DNA of 26,669 nucleotides, from positions 1-26,669 of the forward strand of contig CAVTZU010000027.1 in the NCBI GenBank assembly GCA_963739305.1. The letters are read 5' to 3'. The notes beneath the pieces are model-generated. The model ran no database searches and was not told the DNA's origin. It was given only the letters and a program-made list of their open reading frames with translations. This document shows positions 17,380-24,941 of the stretch, one piece after another. Made by a program: the position numbers and the translations under genes. Source of the DNA: Candidatus Bathyarchaeota archaeon. Lineage in GTDB: Archaea; Thermoproteota; Bathyarchaeia; Bathyarchaeales; Bathycorpusculaceae. Position 1 is the stretch's first letter. Every line of letters starts with the position of its first letter.

Positions 17380-18768
17380 ATGTTGTTTTTGAAGAGAAGA
17401 TTCGTTTCGGCAATAGCGTTTACACTACTTTTAGTAGGGATGTTTACCGTGGCATTTAACATTCAAGTAGTCAAGGCTGATGTTGGGACGATTTACATTT
17501 GGGCCGATGGAAGCATATACCCGCCGACAGCACCAATCTCAACCGTTGACAACGTCACTTACACTCTAACTGGCAACATCACTAGCAACGCTGAGGGAAT
17601 TATCGTTGGAAGAAGCAACATAATCTTGGATGGAAATGGATACATGCTTCTAGGAGGAGAAAATGGCAGTCGAGGGATAGATCTGTCTTTTACAGCCAAT
17701 GTGACGATCAGGAACATGCAAATAAGAAACTTCTTCAATGGCATCTACTCCTACAATTCTTCAGACAACACAATTTCTGGAAATGAGTTGGTGGCAAATA
17801 GTTGGGAGGGCATTTCTCTCGATACTTATTCAAACAACTTCATCATTTCAGGAAACAACATAACAGGCAACCATGGAGGCATCGGGCTTTACTATTGTCT
17901 AGATTGTAACAACAGTATTTCTAGGAACAACATAAAAGACATGGAATACGGCATCTTTATCGACTTCACGTCATACAGCAGAATTTTTGAAAATAGCATA
18001 GCAGACAATGGGAAAGGCTTGTGGCTTGCAACCTCCTCAAACAACACGATATATCATAATAACTTCATGAACAACACAGTTCAGGTGGCTATCAGTAACA
18101 AGGGTCAAAATACTTGGGACAATGGTCATGAAGGCAACTATTGGAGTGATTACAACGGAACAGACATCCGGAGCGGACCATACCAGAACGAGACTGGAAG
18201 CGACGGAATAGGCGACACGCCTTACGTCATCGATGCGTACAATAAGGACAGGTACCCACGCGGGGTTTTCAGGCTCGCAGGAGACTTGAATGGGGATGGT
18301 ATAGTAGACATTCTTGACGCTATTCAGGCTGCATCAGCATTCGGGTCTAGCCCTGGAAATCCCAATTGGAACAGTCAAGCAGACCTCAACAACGACGGCA
18401 TCATCGACATTTTTGACATCATCATATTGGCAGGCAACTTCGAAAAGACCACCGGGCAACAGGCTGACGTCATGCTCTACAAAGCGAACGTGAACTTCTA
18501 CTTCGACAACGTTAGCAGCGTCAAGAGAATCGACGTTGACATTGGCAACTCAGGAACCACAGACACAACGATAACGACGCTCTACATTGGGCTTTCAGCC
18601 TCGAATCTTGTAAACCAGACAATTACCCCGCAATCACTCGTGCACGGCGGAATAGCAAGGATAACTATTAATTATAATTGGACAACAGGAACGACATACT
18701 ACTTCAAAGTGTTTTCTCAACAAGGTCAGACAATCAATTGGCCAGAACAAGCACCGACTACGGCGTAA
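17380..18768 (+). CDS. NosD-like beta-helix protein with dockerin and an extra C-terminal pilin-like beta domain
   Basis: Signal peptide; beta-helix repeats; GNYWSDY...DGIGDTPY; GDLNGDGIVDILD...ADLNNDGIIDIFD; ~100-aa tail with IGNSGT and WTTGTTYYFKV. Confidence 0.85.
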   Translation: MLFLKRRFVSAIAFTLLLVGMFTVAFNIQVVKADVGTIYIWADGSIYPPTAPISTVDNVTYTLTGNITSNAEGIIVGRSNIILDGNGYMLLGGENGSRGIDLSFTANVTIRNMQIRNFFNGIYSYNSSDNTISGNELVANSWEGISLDTYSNNFIISGNNITGNHGGIGLYYCLDCNNSISRNNIKDMEYGIFIDFTSYSRIFENSIADNGKGLWLATSSNNTIYHNNFMNNTVQVAISNKGQNTWDNGHEGNYWSDYNGTDIRSGPYQNETGSDGIGDTPYVIDAYNKDRYPRGVFRLAGDLNGDGIVDILDAIQAASAFGSSPGNPNWNSQADLNNDGIIDIFDIIILAGNFEKTTGQQADVMLYKANVNFYFDNVSSVKRIDVDIGNSGTTDTTITTLYIGLSASNLVNQTITPQSLVHGGIARITINYNWTTGTTYYFKVFSQQGQTINWPEQAPTTA

Positions 18769-19252
18769 AGACACTGATTCTGAGTTTCGAAGACTTCGGA
18801 CGGAAGCCACCCCTCATCTTCTAAAAGAAGTCAAAAACCAAATAAACAAACAGTGACTCACGCATAGCATCTCGAAAGGTGCCCGGTTTGCTACCGTTCG
18901 ACGCTGCAAGAACTGGCCTCCGTTGGAGCCACATTATTTGCCTCGGGTACCTGAAGGGGAGGGGAGAAACTTTTTAAGTTGAATCAGGGCTTAGTTATTC
19001 TTGCAGTGCCTACTCATTATTGAGTAGGGTTCTTTTCGCCGCCTTCGAGAGTGGCGCTAGAAGGAAATAGTGAGTGTGATGTTGATTTGTGTCATAGACG
19101 AAGTGAAGCAGCGATAGCTAGGCGCAGGGCTCGTTCCATAATCTTAGCGTGCAGTTTTCGGGATATCCGTAAATCTGAGACTGTTTGCATGGTTAACCGC
19201 GTTGACATCGCTGGTCTCCTGCCTGGACCTGTCGATTACTATCTAGTCCCAG

Positions 19253-19735
19253 ATGTCACAAAAGGCGAAATCCTCGTTGACAGTCGTGGTTCAGGGAGCT
19301 TTCAGCGGTGAAAAAAGCGGGGGGTCCTCAATTTTGGGCGGTAAGACGGCTCGCAAAATTGTGGTAGCCCGTCGTATTTCCCAACTTCGGAGAAGTGTGA
19401 GGTTTGATACTGACCGGTTGAGACGGAAGACTATTGGTAGTCTTGAGCAGTTGTTTGATGTTGCCACTGATTTTGCAAAGGGAAGGATCAAGTGGCAGAC
19501 GCAGGACGGTAAGGCCTCACCGGTTACGATTAAGCAGAGGCAGATGTGGGCTCGTATCGCTGCGTACGTCGCTCAAATCATGAACACGATTGCGAACGGG
19601 ATTGATGAACGACAGATTGACAAGGATTTGGCCTTGCTGGAGAAGCTTGTGAATGAAGCAACGGCAAAAAACAACGGTTCACACTCTAGACCGGAACATG
19701 GCCAAGAAGCGAACGCTCCCAAGGCTCCCAGATGA
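19253..19735 (+). CDS. Helical hypothetical protein overlapping the terminase gene (possible small terminase subunit)
   Basis: Basic, helical; directly upstream of and overlapping terL; start uncertain; function inferred from position only. Confidence 0.55.
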   Translation: MSQKAKSSLTVVVQGAFSGEKSGGSSILGGKTARKIVVARRISQLRRSVRFDTDRLRRKTIGSLEQLFDVATDFAKGRIKWQTQDGKASPVTIKQRQMWARIAAYVAQIMNTIANGIDERQIDKDLALLEKLVNEATAKNNGSHSRPEHGQEANAPKAPR

Positions 19736-20161
19736 TAAAGTCGAGTTTTTCGAACAGGTTCTGAAGATTAAGCCCTTTCCGTACCAAGCTTCGTTTCTAC
19801 TGGATCCTGCTGCTCTCAAAGTGTTGCGGTGGCCCAGGCGTGCCGGCAAGACGATGACGATGGCCGGAGATGACCTTCATTTTGCGATGCATAACGGAAA
19901 CGCGAAAGTCATCGTTACTATGCCGAAGTATCAGCAGATCAAAGAGATCTATTTCCAAGCTTATCATGAACACCTTGCGCGGATGGACCGAGACATCTAC
20001 GAGGCTTACATTGAATCTGAGTTGCAGACGATAATTCGCTTCAATAACGGAACGATTATTCTGGCCGAGACGCCTGAGCCATTCACGATCCGTGGCCACG
20101 GACCCAAGAAGATCAGTATTGATGAGATGAATTTCATTCGGCAGGACGAGGATCTATGGCT

Positions 20162-20171
20162 TAGCGCACGC
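20162..20171. repeat. Junction motif variant TAGCGCACGC
   Basis: At the apparent terminase breakpoint. Confidence 0.7.
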
Positions 20172-20264
20172 TTCTTTTTCACAGTATGGTTTGCAGGAGT
20201 GTGCCATTGGAAGGGAAAGTGGAACATTAGATTTATTAGTGGTACTGGAAAGGCATTAAGGTTA

Positions 20265-20276
20265 AGCGCGCGCTAG
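20265..20276. repeat. AGCGCGCGCTAG junction motif
   Basis: Supplies TAG stops on both strands. Confidence 0.8.
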
Positions 20277-20398
20277 ACCTCAATGACTGAATGACATCTA
20301 GGACAATTCCTAGGATTTCCTTCTGTCTTAAACTCCAGCCCACAGTTCTTACATCTGCAGTTCTTTGCTCTACCATATTTTCTGTATCTTTCACTCAT
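20273..20398 (-). CDS. 41-aa zinc-ribbon protein (below the ORF-track cutoff)
   Basis: MSERYRKYGRAKNCRCKNCGLEFKTEGNPRNCPRCHSVIEV; CxxCG..F and CPxC; AAGGA upstream; stop inside the motif. Confidence 0.75.
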   Translation of the reverse strand: MSERYRKYGRAKNCRCKNCGLEFKTEGNPRNCPRCHSVIEV

Positions 20399-20410
20399 TC
20401 TTTTTCCTTC

Positions 20411-20476
20411 TTAGCGCGCGCGTTGAATTGGGTGGTCAATAACGAATGCAAGTTCCTTGTTTTCTTCGGTTACCAT
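20411..20476 (-). pseudogene. Probable 5' fragment of an ArsR-like HTH gene, cut at the motif
   Basis: MVTEENKELAFVIDHPIQR|AR*; resembles the HPxRxxI start of ArsR-type wHTH; minus-strand GAAAAGGTTAAAG promoter-like element ~30 nt upstream. Confidence 0.4.
20412..20422. repeat. TAGCGCGCGCG junction motif
   Basis: Perfect copy. Confidence 0.8.
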
Positions 20477-20580
20477 ATCAGAATATCAGACTGGTTGACA
20501 CAAGCTCTTTAACCTTTTCAAGGTTTGTCTGAGTAGACGTTGCCGTCGAAGGATTTGACCAGGACCAAAAAACAAGAAAA

Positions 20581-20592
20581 AGCGCGCGCTAG
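20581..20592. repeat. AGCGCGCGCTAG junction motif overlapping the GyrI-like stop
   Basis: Minus-strand TAG (20589-20591) is part of the motif. Confidence 0.8.
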
Positions 20593-20990
20593 AGAATAGG
20601 CAGCAGTAGGATAACTTCATTTTGACTCCTGTAGAACTCGATGTACCAGCGATTAGGATCGCGCCTGTACTCCTGCTCCATCGATTTGAAAGTTTCTCCG
20701 ATTATCTCGACTCTACTGGCAAAGTTCTCGATCTTCTCTCTGGCGAATTTGCCACCAGGAATCGTCCACGTCGGCAATCCAAGCGCTTTTGGTTCTTCCT
20801 CGTTAATGATGGCTACACATGCACGGTACACTTTGTCTTGATCATAATAAGCACCATACATCTTGCGTCCTTTAAGACTTGGAAGATTAGACTCCAGCTT
20901 AGACCAAGCTGTGCCAACTCCAGAAAGACCGCCTTTCGCTTCCATATACATCACTTTCACCGGTTCCAAAGTCACTTCGATCCTAGCCAT
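20589..20990 (-). CDS. GyrI-like small-molecule-binding protein
   Basis: AW.KL, YG.Y, YRACV, TIPGGKFA and IEFY motifs. Confidence 0.85.
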   Translation of the reverse strand: MARIEVTLEPVKVMYMEAKGGLSGVGTAWSKLESNLPSLKGRKMYGAYYDQDKVYRACVAIINEEEPKALGLPTWTIPGGKFAREKIENFASRVEIIGETFKSMEQEYRRDPNRWYIEFYRSQNEVILLLPIL

Positions 20991-21054
20991 TCAAACACCA
21001 CTTTGCCAATCACTTGATAATCGGATATATTTCATATATCCTCTTCGTCTTGTC

Positions 21055-21065
21055 TAGCGCGCGCT
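21055..21065. repeat. TAGCGCGCGCT junction motif
   Basis: Between divergent genes. Confidence 0.8.
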
Positions 21066-21132
21066 GTCCATCCTCTTCAGCCGCCAGTAGATGCCAAAAA
21101 AGACTTTAATGAAAATTGGTTTAGTTACAATT

Positions 21133-21744
21133 ATGAAAACAAGACTTTTGGCGATAGTGGGCTCCCACAGAAAAGACGGCAACTGTTACGCATTAGCCAA
21201 GTCTGTCCTCGAGTCTACAAGTTCCAAGTTCAGAATAATCCAGTTAGCAAGCAAGAAAATTGAGTTTTGCGTTCTCTGCGAAAAATGTGTGCACGAAGAC
21301 TGTGTCTTGACGGATGATCTAAACCAGATTCTCGCAGAGATGAAAAAAGCCGATGCGATAATGTTCATATTCCCTAAGTATCTTTTGGCTTCCTCAAAAT
21401 TCTTGGCTTTCTTGGAAAGACTGGACACCATTGTTCATATGCGAAAACACAAAGGCTACAAACACACCTTCGCAGAACCAAACTATAGGCTCTTACCGAA
21501 GCAACAACCTTTCTGCGTTTTTGCCTCGTCAGGCACGGGCAGATTCAAGAAGGAAACACTGCGTACTGTCGTAGAGTATATCGAATCTCTTGGGCTGACA
21601 TTAATCTCACACGATCGTCCTCCCTTCATAGCGGTCAACGTCAGAACAGGTGACGAAAAGGGCGAAGTCCTAAAGAACAAAGCAGCGTTGAAACAGTGTA
21701 CAGAACTGACAAACAGAGTTATCAAGTCAATCAAGAAAGAATAA
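21133..21744 (+). CDS. Flavodoxin-like NADPH-dependent FMN reductase / iron-sulfur flavoprotein family
   Basis: IVGSHRKDGN; CxxCxxCxxxxC...DD; ATG at 21133 lies ~25 nt after TTTAAT; stop TAA runs into variant GCACGCGC (21745-21752). Confidence 0.8.
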   Translation: MKTRLLAIVGSHRKDGNCYALAKSVLESTSSKFRIIQLASKKIEFCVLCEKCVHEDCVLTDDLNQILAEMKKADAIMFIFPKYLLASSKFLAFLERLDTIVHMRKHKGYKHTFAEPNYRLLPKQQPFCVFASSGTGRFKKETLRTVVEYIESLGLTLISHDRPPFIAVNVRTGDEKGEVLKNKAALKQCTELTNRVIKSIKKE

Positions 21745-21813
21745 GCACGCGCTTCCTTTGTTACACGCTGAGAATTCCACAAACATTAATAGAATAAGAC
21801 GCAGAACAAGCCC

Positions 21814-22485
21814 ATGATGAAGCGTGTACTAGTTTTCGCAGCACATCCTGACGACGATCTAATCGGGTGCGGCGGTAGCCTGGCAAAACACGTGAAACTG
21901 GGAAATCACGTCTCTGTATGTTACGTATCTTCTGGAGAAGCAGGGAGCCTTGAACACTCAAAAAAGGAACTGACACGAATAAGAGAAGATGAAGCAAAGA
22001 AAGCTGCAGAGATCATTGGTTTCACAGACATCATTTTCCTCAGAAACCGAGACGGATATCTGGAATATAACGAACCAAACCTGACGCAACTTGTGGATCT
22101 GATCAGAAAGAAGCAGCCGCATGTTGTTTATGTTCATCATCGTTTAGACGCCCATGAAGACCATAAGGTGACTTGTCGGCTTGTGAATGAAGCAATAGCA
22201 AGAGCTAGTGTACCAGTGTTCCAAGAATATAAGGGGGAGCCGTGGTCAGTGGAAACTGTCCTGGCTTACGAAGTCTGGACGCCGCTTTTCGAGTTCAATT
22301 ACGTCGAGGATATCTCTGAATTTGTGAGCCTCAAGATTGCCGCTCTGAGAAAGCATCAGTCGCAGACCAAGATCATCCGCTACGACGAAGCAGCCGAGGG
22401 TCTTGCGCGGTACAGGGGAGCGATCACTGGAAGAGGAAAATACTGCGAAGTGTTTGCAGTGAACAAGGTCACAGAGTTGTTCTAA
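21814..22485 (+). CDS. PIG-L/LmbE family deacetylase
   Basis: AHPDD, SSGEAG, R..EA, DAHEDH and K..AL..H.SQ motifs. Confidence 0.9.
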   Translation: MMKRVLVFAAHPDDDLIGCGGSLAKHVKLGNHVSVCYVSSGEAGSLEHSKKELTRIREDEAKKAAEIIGFTDIIFLRNRDGYLEYNEPNLTQLVDLIRKKQPHVVYVHHRLDAHEDHKVTCRLVNEAIARASVPVFQEYKGEPWSVETVLAYEVWTPLFEFNYVEDISEFVSLKIAALRKHQSQTKIIRYDEAAEGLARYRGAITGRGKYCEVFAVNKVTELF

Positions 22486-22511
22486 AAGCCTCTAATTGCG
22501 ATTTTTGGAAT

Positions 22512-22518
22512 CGCGCGC
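22512..22518. repeat. CGCGCGC junction motif
   Basis: In the 46-nt gap between convergent genes. Confidence 0.65.
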
Positions 22519-22531
22519 TCTTGATCCGGGA

Positions 22532-23458
22532 CTACTTGGAAAGGAGTCTCCAAGAGAGGACGATTCCAATTACAGATAGTACAATCGCAAACCCAATCAA
22601 TACCCCAAAGTCTAGCAAAAGACTGTTCGAACCTGTCGCGCCTATCAACAGCTGTCTTACTGCATCATTAGCATAACTGACTGGGTTGACCTTCACGACG
22701 TCTTGAAGCCAGGTTGGCATTATCGTTACAGGGAATATTGCGTTGCTTGCGAACAGCAGGGGCAGGTTGATAAGGTTGATGATAGCCACTTGTGTCTGCC
22801 AATCACTTGATCTCAACGCGAGCATAGTGAATAACGCTGACAGCCCCGTCGCCATGAGGAAAATGATGACGAATGTGCCCGCAATTCCGACGACGGTGAA
22901 ATGACCTGTATCCATCCCGAGTATTATTGCGATAACTAGAACTATGGCCGATTGAATCAACGACCTACCCACACTTTGGAGGACTTTGCCCATCACAATC
23001 GCTCCGCGCGCCACAGGCGTGCTTAGCGCCTTGTTCAGGAAACCGAACCTGCGGTCAAACACAACCGACATTCCGCTAAACGCGGAAGTGAACAGGACGA
23101 CAAAGGCAATCATTCCGCAAGCCAGGAATGAAAAGTAGCTGGTCGTGCCGAATAAGTTCAAAAGAATTGCGTTTTGCTCCGCTTGCGTGCCCCCGGCCTT
23201 TGCGATGAACTCTCCAAAGTTCACGGCTTTGCCGAACAACGCGAGCCAAACTACCGGTTGGATTAGCGATGTGATTAGCTGGACTGGGTTCGTGTACCAC
23301 TTTCTCAAATCTCGGTTCGTTAGCGCCCATAACCCATGCAGCGGACTCCTGCTCAGTTTTGGAGCCGCCCTGACTACCATCTGCTTCTCCGCAGAAACCT
23401 CTTCAGGCTGTTCCCCTATTGCTGTTTCCTTGCTTGTTGTCGGTTTGATTTTTTCCAT
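22532..23458 (-). CDS. ABC-2 type exporter permease (DrrB-like)
   Basis: About six TM helices; DRRFGFL...LSTPV; MPTWLQ...NPVSYA; alternative GTG start at 23464. Confidence 0.9.
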   Translation of the reverse strand: MEKIKPTTSKETAIGEQPEEVSAEKQMVVRAAPKLSRSPLHGLWALTNRDLRKWYTNPVQLITSLIQPVVWLALFGKAVNFGEFIAKAGGTQAEQNAILLNLFGTTSYFSFLACGMIAFVVLFTSAFSGMSVVFDRRFGFLNKALSTPVARGAIVMGKVLQSVGRSLIQSAIVLVIAIILGMDTGHFTVVGIAGTFVIIFLMATGLSALFTMLALRSSDWQTQVAIINLINLPLLFASNAIFPVTIMPTWLQDVVKVNPVSYANDAVRQLLIGATGSNSLLLDFGVLIGFAIVLSVIGIVLSWRLLSK

Positions 23459-23473
23459 ACTCACTCCCGCATT

Positions 23474-24502
23474 TTACGATCTTGCTCTTCTCACCGTTAC
23501 GCGTTGTCTAAACATCTGCATCCTGTCAGCTTCTTCTTCCCTCAGACTGCGGCCAGTAAATTCCAGATATGCCTCGTCCAAGGTTGGCTTCGTCAACGAG
23601 ACTTTCGTCACGTGAAGCCCTTTGGATCGAATTAGATCCGTGATTTGTGGGGAGGCTTCCTCTCCGAGCTCCACCTTTATACGATAGTTGTTATCGTTCT
23701 TCTGAACGTTCTTTACCAATTTGATGTTAGCAATATCGGATGAAATGTCCGGCTCTGTCTCCTTGAGTGTAACCACGATGACGTCTCCGCCGATGCTTTC
23801 CTTCAACTCTTCAGGTGAGCCAATTCTTATGATGTGACCGTGATCGATTATGGCTATTCTGTCGCAGAGTGAGTCGGCTTCTTCGAGATAGTGAGTTGTC
23901 AGAAAAAGAGTCATGTGGTATTCATTTTTCAACATTTTGATGTATTTCCAGACCACAGTGCGTGTTTGAACGTCGAGACCGAGCGTTGGCTCATCCAAGA
24001 ATAGCAATTTCGGATAATTGATTAAACCACATGCGAGCTCCAGTCTCCTGCGCATTCCTCCTGAGTATGTGCTCACCTTCCTCTTTGCAGCGTCTTGAAG
24101 CTCTACCAGCTTCAGCAGCTCTTGTGCGTGTGGTTTTGAATCACCTCTTGGTATTCCGTAGAGATCAGCGCAGAGGAGGACGTTGTTAATTCCAGTCATG
24201 TCCTCGTCAGCAGTGTACTCCTGCGGGACAACTCCAACATTTCTTCGCACCTCGTTCGCATCTTTGAATATGTCATAGCCGCAGACCACTGCGTTTCCTG
24301 ATGAAGGCTTGATCAGGGTCGTAAGCATGTTGATGGTAGTGGTCTTGCCTGCTCCGTTAGGGCCAACGAAACCAAAAATTTCCCCCGTTTTGACTTCAAA
24401 GCTTACGTTATCTACGGCCTTCAACTTGCCGAAGGCTTTTGAGAGATTCTCAACCTTCGCAATAATCAGAGGCATTGTAGGTCCGGCTTGCGTTGCAGAC
24501 AC
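23474..24502 (-). CDS. ABC exporter ATP-binding subunit (DrrA-like)
   Basis: GPNGAGKTT, YSGGM, LFLDEPT, TTH; GTG at 24502 with GGAG RBS and TTTATAA ~30 nt upstream. Confidence 0.92.
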   Translation of the reverse strand: MSATQAGPTMPLIIAKVENLSKAFGKLKAVDNVSFEVKTGEIFGFVGPNGAGKTTTINMLTTLIKPSSGNAVVCGYDIFKDANEVRRNVGVVPQEYTADEDMTGINNVLLCADLYGIPRGDSKPHAQELLKLVELQDAAKRKVSTYSGGMRRRLELACGLINYPKLLFLDEPTLGLDVQTRTVVWKYIKMLKNEYHMTLFLTTHYLEEADSLCDRIAIIDHGHIIRIGSPEELKESIGGDVIVVTLKETEPDISSDIANIKLVKNVQKNDNNYRIKVELGEEASPQITDLIRSKGLHVTKVSLTKPTLDEAYLEFTGRSLREEEADRMQMFRQRVTVRRARS

Positions 24503-24568
24503 GTTTGCTCGCTCCTGATTTTTGTCTATTATAAAGCATTGATTCGATTGATATGCGCTATAAAAACA

Positions 24569-24578
24569 TAGCGCGCAC
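24569..24578. repeat. Junction motif variant TAGCGCGCAC
   Basis: Just upstream of the ABC operon promoter. Confidence 0.6.
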
Positions 24579-24641
24579 GACACCAAATCAGGTCTGCAGA
24601 GAACAAGAAGCACATTCAAGAGTTGGCTTAGGTTCAGAAGT

Positions 24642-24818
24642 TCAGGGAAAACCAAAAGAGAGGATTTCTACGCACGTGTCACTTGGATTAGAGTTTGTCA
24701 CTGTCACATTTGCCGTTGCTTGTATGCTAATGTTGTGAAGTGCAATTCTGATATCTATAACCTTTGTAAGCAAAAAGGGAAAGACCACTGTTCCATTTAT
24801 GCCAACTTCTGTTAGAGT
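24642..24818 (-). pseudogene. Start-less 3' fragment of a secreted glycoprotein-like gene
   Basis: TLTEVGINGTVVFPFLLTKVIDIRIALHNISIQATANVTVTNSNPSDTCVEILSFGFP*; beta-rich with NGT/NIS/NVT sequons; begins 8 nt from the motif. Confidence 0.4.
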
Positions 24819-24826
24819 TTAGTAAT

Positions 24827-24834
24827 CGCGCGCG
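24827..24834. repeat. CGCGCGCG junction motif
   Basis: Perfect copy upstream of the acyl-CoA dehydrogenase gene. Confidence 0.8.
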
Positions 24835-24941
24835 GGCGAGCTTGTGCAAGGAGATTTTTCCTTTATGACTTGGGTCCGTCATCATTTCAGTGCACGCACA
24901 AAGGGAACTCTTTTATCAGCGTTTTCTTGATAGAATGATCG

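Larger units (their letters stand above)
13674..20171 (+). mobile_element. Decayed provirus-like/integrative element relic around tRNA-Gln
   Basis: Integrase remnant, tRNA, two wHTH genes, a helical gene and a terminase N-terminus, with surface-protein cargo between them. No att duplication seen; bounds taken from the two truncating motifs. Confidence 0.55.
19698..20276 (+). pseudogene. terL: Terminase large subunit, N-terminal ATPase part only; breaks off at ~20165
   Basis: PFPYQ (Q motif), PRRAGKT (Walker A), IRG, ISIDE (Walker B); no nuclease domain; sequence after WLSA looks unrelated. Confidence 0.8.

Noticed and set aside
18878-18952. Three-way-junction RNA or ribozyme (AGGTGCCCG/CGGGTACCT)
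   Set aside because: No hammerhead, HDV or twister core recognised; equally explained as a frameshifted gene remnant (ERCPVCYR...RCKNWPPLEPHYLPR).
20162-21065. CRISPR array
   Set aside because: Repeats are only 8-12 bp, spacing is irregular (94-467 bp) and there are no cas genes in the window.
23005-23011. CGCGCGC inside the ABC permease gene
   Set aside because: Encodes part of VARG in an intact conserved region; treated as chance.
24503-24655. N-terminal extension of the ABC ATPase in the ORF track
   Set aside because: It crosses a TATA box and a junction motif; the RBS supports a start at 24502.
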